The notes beneath the pieces are model-generated. The model did no database searches and was not told where the DNA came from. It saw only the letters and a program-made list of their open reading frames with translations. 64,000 nucleotides of DNA, taken from assembly GCA_017303805.1 (NCBI GenBank), contig JAFLBQ010000003.1:232821-296820 (forward strand), given 5' to 3'. Each line of letters opens with the position of its first letter. Position 1 is the stretch's first letter. Both the position numbers and the translations under genes were made by a program. Shown one piece after another: positions 39,801 through 48,372 of this stretch. Origin of the DNA: Cytophagales bacterium. Its GTDB lineage: Bacteria; Bacteroidota; Bacteroidia; Cytophagales; Cyclobacteriaceae.

Positions 39801-40191
39801 AGACCCGCTGTTGATTTACAAGTTCGAGGGCTTTGAAGCCTTTAAACGGTTTATTGCTAAAGTAAACGAAGAAACCATTTCGTTTTTATTGAAAGCCGAT
39901 ATACCTGTGCGCGATGCAGACCAGGTACAGGAAGCCCGGCAGGTACGCAAGCAGCGCCTGAGCGAGAAAAAAGAAGAGTCGCGTTCGCTCTTGCAGGGTG
40001 GTGGCTCGCAACCGGCAGCCACATCGCAACCGGTAGAAGAAAAAGTAATGCCGGTAAAATCAGAAAAGGTAGCCGGGCGCAACGATAAAGTAACGGTGCA
40101 ATATCAGAACGGCAGCGTTGTAAAAGATGTAAAATACAAGAAGGTAGAAGATGATATAAAGGCCGGCAAGTGTATTGTGATTGAGGGCTAA
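36841..40191 (+). CDS. secA: Preprotein translocase SecA (long Bacteroidota form)
   Basis: MATGEGKT, VTVNDYLA, DEVDSVLIDEART, TNMAGRGTD and QLRGRSGRQGDPG motifs. Confidence 0.98.
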   Translation: MLQLLAKIFGDKSQKDIKRMMPLVEETKREGEKLISITNDELRAKTQEVQNTINSHLKTIDEEIAGLHQRIAAHPEMDLNEKDAIFKEIDKLEADRNKELEKVLLDVLPQAFAIVRETARRFKENEYLEVTATDFDRALAARHNNVKIVADKAQWHRQWLAAGNTITWDMVHYDVQVIGGIALHEGKISEMATGEGKTLVATFPAFLNALAKRGVHIVTVNDYLAKRDSEWMGPLFQFHGLSVDCIDKHEPNSTDRRNAYQADITYGTNNEFGFDYLRDNMAREPEELVQRGHHYAMVDEVDSVLIDEARTPLIISGPVPRGDEHEFYQLKPRIAKLVEAQKKLVNQYLNDAKKLLADGQEKEGGQALFRAHRAMPKYKPLIKMLSEVGMKNVLQKTENYYLADNKKLMPEADEPLYFVIEEKDNSVQLTDKGTDLITGEGEDPKFFILPEIGVELNKIEKDATHAPEEKLKRKEDLIREYSTKSQRIHSVNQLLKAYTLFEKDTEYIIVDGKVKIVDEQTGRVLDGRRYSDGLHQAIEAKENVKVEDATQTYATITLQNYFRMYHKLAGMTGTAVTEAGEFWDIYKLDVVTIPTNKPMTRKDKDDLVYKTMREKFNAVVEEIVKLTKEGRPVLVGTTSVEISELVSRMLQIRKIKHQVLNAKQHQREAEIVAEAGKPGTVTIATNMAGRGTDIKLTAESKAAGGLAIIGTERHESRRVDRQLRGRSGRQGDPGTSQFYVSLEDNLMRLFMPERIARIMDRLGLKEGEVISHSMVTSSIERAQKKVEENNFGIRKRLLEYDNVMNSQREVIYKRRRNALHGERLQLDILTMLYDTCDDLVANGKAGESVDNFKLNVLSVLGFDFNLQPDDLAKQDQPTLTDKLYDQALHHYEQKNKAASAKSYPIVLDIFKTRGATIENILVPFTDGVKQIGVSANLKKCVETQNAELIKSMEKMITLAIIDQNWKEHLRDMDDLKQSVQNAVYEQKDPLLIYKFEGFEAFKRFIAKVNEETISFLLKADIPVRDADQVQEARQVRKQRLSEKKEESRSLLQGGGSQPAATSQPVEEKVMPVKSEKVAGRNDKVTVQYQNGSVVKDVKYKKVEDDIKAGKCIVIEG

Positions 40192-40275
40192 CCGGTAATC
40201 GCTTACAATGTGTATTTACAGGCTTAAGTTAACAGAATGATTGAAGGTAAACCTGATTTTCATATCTTGAGAGCA

Positions 40276-40779
40276 ATGAGACATTCGGTACCCAAATCCC
40301 TTTTGCTGATGGCCGGCCTTCTGGTGGGATGCGCCACACAAAAAGCCGTTTCGGATAAACCGTATTACGAAGATCTTTCGGCACACCGGCCCAAAGTACT
40401 TGTGCCGGCCGAAACTTCCGGCAAGGATACGGCCCTGCCTGTAAAAAATCCGGCTCCGGTTACACCAACCCATACGGTAAATCAAAAGGTAGATCTGGTG
40501 TTGGATTCCATAGACCGCTACAACCAAACGCGCAAGTTTATTGATGGCTTCACCATACAGGTGTATTCCGGGCAGAACCGCGATGATGCAATGGAAGCAA
40601 AACGCAAAATGAGCATTGACTTGCCCGAGTTTACAAGCACCCTGCAATACCAGCAGCCAAAATTCCGGTTAACCGTTGGACGCTACTATACCAAACTGGA
40701 GGCCCACCCCGATTTAATGAAGCTACGCAGAAGCTTTTCTTCTGCTATTGTGGTTCCTGAAAAAATTGTGCTCCGTTAA
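40276..40779 (+). CDS. SPOR-domain lipoprotein
   Basis: LLVGC lipobox after ATG 40276; C-terminal GFTIQVYSG..R..A...P.F...VG.Y.T..EA. Confidence 0.8.
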   Translation: MRHSVPKSLLLMAGLLVGCATQKAVSDKPYYEDLSAHRPKVLVPAETSGKDTALPVKNPAPVTPTHTVNQKVDLVLDSIDRYNQTRKFIDGFTIQVYSGQNRDDAMEAKRKMSIDLPEFTSTLQYQQPKFRLTVGRYYTKLEAHPDLMKLRRSFSSAIVVPEKIVLR

Positions 40780-40853
40780 TTTCTTCACCTTTCATGCCGT
40801 TGCTTTTGTAAATGCCTGCACAGGTTTAACTTTAAACCTTTACATGCTTGCAT

Positions 40854-41888
40854 ATGAGCTCGATTGGTAAATGGGAAAAACGGTGGCATCCCTTACGGGA
40901 AGAATGGGTTGTGTATTCGGCCCATCGCAACAACCGGCCGTGGCAAGGTGCCGGAAAGGCAACTCCTAAACCTGCCCCCGATTTTGATGCTAACTGTTAT
41001 TTATGCCCCGGCAATAAGCGGGTGCACGGCAGCATCAATCCGGTTTATAAAGACGTTTTCATTTTTGAGAACGACCACCCGGTGGTTGCCATGCAAGCTC
41101 CGGAAGTACCCGTAACCAATTCGCTCTACCGAAAAGAACGTGCCAGTGGTATTGCAAAAGTGGTATGTTACGATCCACGGCATAACATCACGCTTTCGCA
41201 GATGAAGTTGCCGGAAGTAGTAAAGGTGTTCGATTCGTTTCAACAAGAGATGCTCGCCTTCCAAAAAAATCCGGCTGTGCACTCGGTATTAATTTTTGAA
41301 AACAAAGGCGAAGTGGTGGGGGTAAGCAATCCGCACCCGCATTGCCAGATTTACGCAGTGGACTTTCCGCTTAAACTGGTAAGCCAGCAAATCAGAGTTG
41401 CAGAAGAATATAAACGTGTACATCACAAAAATATCTTTGAAGACATTATTGCCCACGAGCAGCGCGACAAAAGCCGGATTGTAGCCGAAAACGATTTTGC
41501 CATTGCATTCATTCCCTACTTTGCCCGCTATGCATACGAAGTGATGATTTTTCCCAAAGCCGCGCATCAGTCACTCATTACTTTTAGCGAGGCCGAGTTA
41601 CGCTGGTTTACTGCAGTGTTCCACCAAACGGTGCGTAAACTCGATATGAATTTTGAAATGGATTTTCCTTACGTGATGTCGATGATGCAAGCCCCGGTAG
41701 ATGGAACTGATTATCCGGAATTCAGAATGCATTGCTGGCTGCAACCACCCTACCGGCAACCGGGCTTAATAAAATACTTAGCCGGCCCCGAGATTGGTGC
41801 CGGAAATTTTATGGCCGATACCATGCCTGAAGATAAAGCCGCTGAACTTCAGCAGATAAATGTGGCCGCCTATTTATGGGAACGATAG
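40854..41888 (+). CDS. galT: Galactose-1-phosphate uridylyltransferase
   Basis: R.HPL..EW...S.HR..RPWQG, CYLCPGN, FENKG..G.SNPHPHCQ (HPH catalytic His). Confidence 0.9.
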   Translation: MSSIGKWEKRWHPLREEWVVYSAHRNNRPWQGAGKATPKPAPDFDANCYLCPGNKRVHGSINPVYKDVFIFENDHPVVAMQAPEVPVTNSLYRKERASGIAKVVCYDPRHNITLSQMKLPEVVKVFDSFQQEMLAFQKNPAVHSVLIFENKGEVVGVSNPHPHCQIYAVDFPLKLVSQQIRVAEEYKRVHHKNIFEDIIAHEQRDKSRIVAENDFAIAFIPYFARYAYEVMIFPKAAHQSLITFSEAELRWFTAVFHQTVRKLDMNFEMDFPYVMSMMQAPVDGTDYPEFRMHCWLQPPYRQPGLIKYLAGPEIGAGNFMADTMPEDKAAELQQINVAAYLWER

Positions 41889-43183
41889 CCGCATCTGCAT
41901 GGATTGAGGCCTCGGCACCGGGCAGGTTAGATGTAATGGGTGGCATTGCCGATTATTCCGGCTCGCTTGTCTTGCAAATGCCTATTGCACAACGTACAAA
42001 AGTTAAGGTGAGCCTACGCACCGACTACCGCTGCAAAATAAAAAGCTACATCGGCCCAAGCGAACCGTGGACACTCGAATTTGATTTTCGCGATTTGCTC
42101 GCGAATAACCACGTTGATTATACCTATGCTCAAAAGTATCTTTCTCAACGTAAACAAAACTGGGCCGGCTATATTATCGGGTGTGCATTGGTGCTTCAGA
42201 AAGAAAAAGGAGTTGAATTTAAAGGCGCCACTTTTCAGGTTCATTCTGAGGTCCCGCTTGGTAAAGGAGTCTCGTCATCAGCTTCAGTGGAAGTGGCTAC
42301 CATGCGCGCCTTGGCACAGGCTTTTCAACTTTCGTTAACGCACACCGAATTACCCACGCTTGCACAAAGGGTAGAAAACTTTGTGGTTGGCGCTCCGTGC
42401 GGATTGATGGATCAACTGGCCTGTCATTTAGGTGAGCCCGGCAACTTTTTGCCAATTGTTTGTCAACCCGATTTGGTTGAACCGTTGTTACCCATCCCGC
42501 AAGGATTACATTTTGTGGGTATTGATAGTGGTGTAAAGCATGCGGTAAGCGGGCATCAATATGGAAATGTGCGCAGTGCCGCATTTATGGGGTATTCCAT
42601 TCTTGCCTCACATCTGGGCGCTTCAAAAAGAGATCTTGAACACGCATTGCATACAGGCGAACGCAACCATTTACCCTTTCGGGGATATTTGTGTAACATT
42701 TCTGTAAACGAATTTGAAGCTACGCTTCGGCATATTTTACCGGGTACCCTTTCTGGTAAAGAGTTTCTTGAAAAATATGTTTCTATTGACCCGGTAACGA
42801 AAATCAATCCTGATGTTACGTATAACGTTCGCGTTTGTAGCGACCATCCGGTTTATGAAAATAAACGCGTGCAGGATTTTAGGTCATTACTTGATGCCTA
42901 CCCCAACCAAGCTGAACGCGAACAAAAGAAAACGTTAGTAGCGTTGGGTAGCCTGATGCATGCAGCGCACGAAAGTTATTCGCGCTGCGGGCTTGGGTCT
43001 GATCGCACCGATGAAATTGTTGCGCTTGCAAAAAATGCTTCCGGAATTTACGGAGCCAAAATTACCGGTGGTGGCCAGGGCGGCACCGTTTGTTTGCTTA
43101 CTGATACAGCCGGCCAACAAGCAGCTAAAGCGTTGCATCAATCGCTATGTGAAAAATACAACTTGCAGCTTGCCTGGTTTTAA
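41876..43183 (+). CDS. GHMP sugar-1-kinase of plant L-arabinokinase type
   Basis: APGRLDVMGGIADYSGSLVLQMPI, VPLGKGVSSSA, VENFVVGAPCGLMDQ, HPVYEN.RV, SYS.CGLGSD.T and YGAKITGGG.GGTVC match my recollection of the ARA1 kinase domain rather than GalK (APGRVNLIGEHTDY). Confidence 0.8.
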   Translation: MGTIAASAWIEASAPGRLDVMGGIADYSGSLVLQMPIAQRTKVKVSLRTDYRCKIKSYIGPSEPWTLEFDFRDLLANNHVDYTYAQKYLSQRKQNWAGYIIGCALVLQKEKGVEFKGATFQVHSEVPLGKGVSSSASVEVATMRALAQAFQLSLTHTELPTLAQRVENFVVGAPCGLMDQLACHLGEPGNFLPIVCQPDLVEPLLPIPQGLHFVGIDSGVKHAVSGHQYGNVRSAAFMGYSILASHLGASKRDLEHALHTGERNHLPFRGYLCNISVNEFEATLRHILPGTLSGKEFLEKYVSIDPVTKINPDVTYNVRVCSDHPVYENKRVQDFRSLLDAYPNQAEREQKKTLVALGSLMHAAHESYSRCGLGSDRTDEIVALAKNASGIYGAKITGGGQGGTVCLLTDTAGQQAAKALHQSLCEKYNLQLAWF

Positions 43184-45096
43184 GGTGCAGGCACCCGCAA
43201 CGAATTAATCCACTTCGCAATCTTCAACGCTTCATCTTTCGGTACCTGGGGCATAGGCGCCATGGGGGTTTCATGCTCGGGCCAGTTTTTAGGTTCCGGA
43301 TTGTAAATTAATTGCACGATGCGCTCATCGGTATATTTCCGTTTGGCAATATCCGCAAAGGAAGGCCCCACCTGCCGCTTGTTGGTATTATGGCAAGCGG
43401 TGCATGTGTTCTTAACCAGCAAAGGCTCTATCTCCGCATAGGTTAAGGTTTTGGTTGATGCCGGGTTTACTTTGGTTACAGGCTTGGCCGCTGGCTTTGC
43501 TGGGGCCACCCGCTTTGTGCTCAACTCGCTGGCCGGCAACTTATCGCCATCGGGAATATTATTTAATGTATAGTAAGCAGCCTGGTGCAATACCGGCAAT
43601 CCTTCTTTCGAGCGGATGCCCGGCACCACCAGTTCATGCAAATAATACTGACGAAGGTTATCAATAACCACACGTACTTTATACCCGTCCTCCGAAACTT
43701 TAACTCCTTTGATATTCAGTTTCTCATCGTTAATGGTTGGACTACCATACACCGGATGATATTTATAAATGTAACTGCGGCCAAAATACGAATCCAGATT
43801 TTCGGCTGTCGTTTTATCTACCGGATAGGTAAATTCTATTTCAAACCCATCGGGCATGGCTTTAACTGTTTTCATCTCCATCGGCACTTTGCCCGTCCAT
43901 ACCAACCGTTGTAGCCCTGCAGTGGTTGTACCGGCCGAGCCCCAACCGCGGTTGGTAAGCCCTGCATACAACGAGCCATCGTGGCCCCAGTTCATCCGCA
44001 ACACGCCCGATTGAAAGCCCGACTTAAATTCAAACGCTACGCCTTGAAACTCACCCTTCACCTTCTCCAACACCACGCGCATGATTTTACTCTGGCCCTG
44101 ATCGCCCACAAAAATTTGTCCGGCAAATGCACCAAACTTTCCGTTGGTCTCATCTTTTATAATTTCTGAATTTGAAATACCCAACACGCCATGGGGCAAC
44201 CAAACTGCTGGCAACCGGGTGGCTTCAAAATCATTTTTCAGGTTAAAGAACAGATTAGGATTTTTTTCGTTGGCAATGTTCTCTGGTTTAATGTAGGCAC
44301 CTTCTTTCTTAACCTGGCGCGCATCTACTTTAGCATACAATTGCTCGGTAGAAATTTTAACCGGAGAGTTCTCGCGGTTTGTCCAGCGTAGGCCTGCTGG
44401 GTGGCCGGTAAAACTTCCTTTCGTTACATGAAAGATTCCACCCGAACCTTGCCAGTCGCCCTGGTTATCATCATAAAAAAATTCACCATCAATCATTCCC
44501 AAACCACAGGGCGAACGCATGCCGGTTGCCCACGGCTCCATCGTTCCGTCCGGAGAAATCTTCATCGTCCAACCGCGCCACGGCACTCTGCTTTCACCCC
44601 GCCACCATTCTTCATCACCAAAGGCTACATTGCCGGTTACAAAGAAACTTCCATCGGGCGCTATTTTGGGCCCAAATGAATATTCATGATAATGGCCGGA
44701 CAAAGGCCACGCATACACAGTTTCATACACATCCGCGCGATCATCACCATTGGTGTCTTTCAGCTTGGTAAGTTCACCGCGTTGTGCCGTATAAAGTGCA
44801 CCTTCATGCCAGGCTAAACCCAGGGCTTCGTGCAAACCGGAAGCAAACAAGGTGTAACGCGGCTGCCCTTTATCCATGCTTGCATTTTCAATCAGCCATA
44901 CATCTCCCCTGCGGGTGCAAACCGCTATGCGACCATCGGGCAATGTAGCCACACCGCCCACTTCCAGCAGCATGCCCTCGGGTGCGGGTATTGTAATGAT
45001 TCGGTAATAGTCTTCTTCTTTGGGAGTTTTAGAGGTTTGTGCAAAGAGTGGCTGCATTGCCAGCACACTTATTATTGTAATGAATATCTTCTTCAT
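43180..45096 (-). CDS. Secreted beta-propeller (glucose/sorbosone dehydrogenase-like) protein with C-terminal cytochrome c
   Basis: Signal peptide from ATG 45096; repeated propeller segments; CTACH heme motif, GPSF and distal PMAPM Met ligand. Confidence 0.8.
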   Translation of the reverse strand: MKKIFITIISVLAMQPLFAQTSKTPKEEDYYRIITIPAPEGMLLEVGGVATLPDGRIAVCTRRGDVWLIENASMDKGQPRYTLFASGLHEALGLAWHEGALYTAQRGELTKLKDTNGDDRADVYETVYAWPLSGHYHEYSFGPKIAPDGSFFVTGNVAFGDEEWWRGESRVPWRGWTMKISPDGTMEPWATGMRSPCGLGMIDGEFFYDDNQGDWQGSGGIFHVTKGSFTGHPAGLRWTNRENSPVKISTEQLYAKVDARQVKKEGAYIKPENIANEKNPNLFFNLKNDFEATRLPAVWLPHGVLGISNSEIIKDETNGKFGAFAGQIFVGDQGQSKIMRVVLEKVKGEFQGVAFEFKSGFQSGVLRMNWGHDGSLYAGLTNRGWGSAGTTTAGLQRLVWTGKVPMEMKTVKAMPDGFEIEFTYPVDKTTAENLDSYFGRSYIYKYHPVYGSPTINDEKLNIKGVKVSEDGYKVRVVIDNLRQYYLHELVVPGIRSKEGLPVLHQAAYYTLNNIPDGDKLPASELSTKRVAPAKPAAKPVTKVNPASTKTLTYAEIEPLLVKNTCTACHNTNKRQVGPSFADIAKRKYTDERIVQLIYNPEPKNWPEHETPMAPMPQVPKDEALKIAKWINSLRVPAP

Positions 45097-45115
45097 AGTG
45101 ATTGTCGCGTTAGAA

Positions 45116-47023
45116 TTACCAGATGATTGAATATGTAAAAGATCCACTTACCGGAATAATCAATTCCTGCTTGCCGTTGCTTTCACGGATTTGTGGAGTA
45201 GCTCCTGAAATCCGGATGTAATAACTTTTATCATCCACCGCGTACGAGCCATTGGGGTTCTTCGTGATCACTTTCCCTTCGGCCAGTTTGTAATACAATC
45301 CGGACTGGCCATTCAGATTTTTGATAGCTACTTCATGCACAATGGCATTGTCTTTCGGATACACTTTATCTTCTACCTCCAATCCACGGTACGTGGCCTT
45401 AAAGGTTGGTCTGCCGGCTTCATCTACTGCGTACCCTTTGGAACGATATTCTCCTTGCCTTACTTCTGCTTCGCGGGTGATAACCGGAAAAGCATCGGTA
45501 GGTGCCGTTAAAAATGCCAGCGGCTGATTGTTGAAAAGAAATAAAGTAGCACCGAGAGGTTTAAACGAGCCATCGCCCCGATCGTGCCACATGGGTGTTG
45601 CGTCAACAAACTCTCCGCGCCACACGCAGGCAAGATTACCGGCTTTAAGATCATACACATAATGTACACCGGAAGGATCGCCCACGCCAATCGTATGAGT
45701 TAAGCGCTGTTTATAATCGCCATTAAAATCAAGGAAGGCACGCAGTAATTTGGGTGAACTTCCCGGGCTAATCAATATCGGAGAAACCGGCTGATCATTG
45801 GGCGGGTATGAGTTAAAGGCGTGCAAGGCCTTAAGGTCTGCACCGGCCTGCACATAAAACCCCAGGCGCGGAGGCATCCACGATGCATTTTTATAATTGA
45901 TAATTTCGAATGGGTAAGACCCTGCTTTTAATGTAATGTTTGCCTGGTTAGTAGGCCACCAGCCATCTGCGCTTTGCGCGTTTACAAGTTGCTGGTTGTT
46001 GATGGTTAACCGGGCACCACCGGTGTAGGCAAGAAAAAATTGATACACTGCATCGTCCGATACGGTAAGAGTTCCGGTGTAGCGGCTTCCGTAGGCATCT
46101 TCATTATCCAATACTTCGCAACTGAGTTCAGTAAGTTTACCACTTGCCGCAGGTGGTAATGCAACAAAATCAGAAATTAACTTATAATCGCCATACCAGG
46201 TTTGGTATTTTACATCTTGAACCGTAACCGACACCGGTTTTACTACCGTGTAGCGTATGTTGCGTATGGCCACCGGGCCATGGTCGCCCTGAATCATTAA
46301 TGGCCCCAAAGGTTTTTCATTGTTTTCAATCGGGCCACCGGTTGGTAAAGGTACTTCTACGTTATCGTGTATGCGCACACCATTCAGATCAATGTAAACA
46401 AAGCGGGCGTTCTCAATTTTTTTTCCGCTTGCATCAAAACGAGGGGCCCGAAATGAGATTTTAAATTTCTGCCACAGGCCGGGCGCCTTGGCGGGATTGC
46501 TCAATGGCGCTTTGCCCATGTAAATTTTCTCTCTCTCCGTTTCCCAGTTGCGATAGATACCGCCTATGTCTGAATACTTGGGGGTTTGTACACCCCAGCT
46601 ATCGAGTAATTGTACTTCATAGCGACCTTGTAAATAAATGCCGGAGTTCGAACCGCGGGGCAACATTACTTCCAATTCAAGTTCAAGATCACCATGTTCC
46701 AGATTGGTAACGAGGTGATCTTTCTTTGAATCATCATTCAGGTTTAGTAGGATACCCGTGCCCGATGTAAAGGTTACGGCCTTTTGGTTGGTTACTGACA
46801 CTGCGCCTTTGCTCTTTTTTCCCTGCTTTACCGGTTGCACATCCTTTCCCGCTTCATGAATATCAAGATCGGGGTTAATGACTACATCGCCCACAATTTG
46901 CCAGTTGCCCGCCTGGGGGCGGAAGGCAGAGAGGTCGGTAAGGGGTAAGGTTTGTGTTTGGGCCTGCGCGCTAACTCCAATAACCAGAATTAAGCCGGCT
47001 TCCAGAAAATATCTTTTTAACAT
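45116..47023 (-). CDS. DUF1080 (3-keto-glycoside hydrolase-like) plus PA14 domain secreted protein
   Basis: Signal peptide from ATG 47023; GSNSGIYLQGRYEVQLLDS and PLMIQGDHGPVAIRNI (DUF1080); RYTGTLTV....YQF...GARLTIN (PA14); uncharacterised C-terminal domain. Confidence 0.8.
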   Translation of the reverse strand: MLKRYFLEAGLILVIGVSAQAQTQTLPLTDLSAFRPQAGNWQIVGDVVINPDLDIHEAGKDVQPVKQGKKSKGAVSVTNQKAVTFTSGTGILLNLNDDSKKDHLVTNLEHGDLELELEVMLPRGSNSGIYLQGRYEVQLLDSWGVQTPKYSDIGGIYRNWETEREKIYMGKAPLSNPAKAPGLWQKFKISFRAPRFDASGKKIENARFVYIDLNGVRIHDNVEVPLPTGGPIENNEKPLGPLMIQGDHGPVAIRNIRYTVVKPVSVTVQDVKYQTWYGDYKLISDFVALPPAASGKLTELSCEVLDNEDAYGSRYTGTLTVSDDAVYQFFLAYTGGARLTINNQQLVNAQSADGWWPTNQANITLKAGSYPFEIINYKNASWMPPRLGFYVQAGADLKALHAFNSYPPNDQPVSPILISPGSSPKLLRAFLDFNGDYKQRLTHTIGVGDPSGVHYVYDLKAGNLACVWRGEFVDATPMWHDRGDGSFKPLGATLFLFNNQPLAFLTAPTDAFPVITREAEVRQGEYRSKGYAVDEAGRPTFKATYRGLEVEDKVYPKDNAIVHEVAIKNLNGQSGLYYKLAEGKVITKNPNGSYAVDDKSYYIRISGATPQIRESNGKQELIIPVSGSFTYSIIW

Positions 47024-47131
47024 AAATGTGAAATGAGTGGCCAATATCCATTTATCTGGCGCCAATTGCAATTGCTCGCGCACGGCTTTTAGACATTCGC
47101 CTGTGGTGCACGATTTTCATACCTTTGGGTC

Positions 47132-48325
47132 ATGCATTTAATTGAAAAGATAAAATCTTTATCATCTGTTATTCACCCTGAAGTGGTTGCGTGGCGCAGG
47201 CACCTGCACGCCAACCCGGAGCTTTCGTACGAAGAGGTGAACACAGCAAAGTTTGTAGCTGAAAAATTAAAATCATTTGGGCTTGAGCCTGTACCAATGG
47301 CGAATACAGGTTTGGTAGCACTCATTCAAGGCAAGCCCGGAAAAAATACGATTGCCTTGCGGGCCGATATGGATGCATTACCTATTGAAGAAAAAAATAA
47401 TGTTCCTTATAAATCAAGCAAGCCCGGTGTAATGCACGCCTGCGGCCATGATGTGCACACGGCATCGTTACTGGGTACAGCTAAGATTCTTTCGCAACTC
47501 ACCAACGAATTTGAAGGCACGGTTAAACTAATCTTTCAGCCGGGCGAAGAAAAAAATCCGGGTGGTGCATCCTACATGATTAGCGAAGGTGTGCTAACCA
47601 ATCCTGCACCGGCTTCTATTATCGGGCAACATGTAATGCCGTTGGTACCGGTTGGCAAAGTGGGCTTCCGCGAAGGCATGTACATGGCCAGCAGCGATGA
47701 AATTTATTTAAAAGTAATTGGTAAAGGCGGGCACGGGGCCGCACCCGAACTGGCAATAGATCCGGTGGTGATTGCCTCGCATATTATAGTAGCCTTGCAG
47801 CAAATTATCAGTCGCAATGCCAGCCCCAAGCAACCCACTGTGTTAACATTCGGGCGAATAATTGGCGAAGGTGCCACCAATATTATTCCCAACGAAGTAA
47901 ATGTGGCGGGTACCTTTCGGGCTCTTAACGAGCAATGGCGCAAGGAGGGGCTTGAGAAAATTGAAAAACTTGCGAAAGGCCTTGCCGAAAGTATGGGCGG
48001 CCAATGCGAAGTAACCATTTCGCACGGGTACCCCTACCTGGAAAATAACCCGGCCCTTACCCGCAGAATACGGCAGGCTGCCGAAGCGTATGTGGGTAAA
48101 GAAAACGTGGTGGACATTGATCTTACGTTGGGGTCAGAAGATTTTGCGTATTACTCGCATGTGGTTCCGGCCTCGTTTTACCGATTAGGTACACGCAATG
48201 AAAGCCGGGGTTTAACTTCTTATGTGCACTCGGCTACGTTTGATATTGATGAGGATGCATTACAACTTGGCCCCGGCCTGATGGCATGGATGGCTGTTAC
48301 GGAACTGGTTTCGGAAATTAAGTAA
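47132..48325 (+). CDS. M20 family amidohydrolase
   Basis: RRHLHANPELS, LRADMDALP, HACGHD, FQPGEE, GGHGA, SEDFAYY and HS..F motifs. Confidence 0.92.
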   Translation: MHLIEKIKSLSSVIHPEVVAWRRHLHANPELSYEEVNTAKFVAEKLKSFGLEPVPMANTGLVALIQGKPGKNTIALRADMDALPIEEKNNVPYKSSKPGVMHACGHDVHTASLLGTAKILSQLTNEFEGTVKLIFQPGEEKNPGGASYMISEGVLTNPAPASIIGQHVMPLVPVGKVGFREGMYMASSDEIYLKVIGKGGHGAAPELAIDPVVIASHIIVALQQIISRNASPKQPTVLTFGRIIGEGATNIIPNEVNVAGTFRALNEQWRKEGLEKIEKLAKGLAESMGGQCEVTISHGYPYLENNPALTRRIRQAAEAYVGKENVVDIDLTLGSEDFAYYSHVVPASFYRLGTRNESRGLTSYVHSATFDIDEDALQLGPGLMAWMAVTELVSEIK

Positions 48326-48372
48326 TTGTTAACCGGTTTACTTGAACGCACCCGGCTGTATATTTACCCTTC

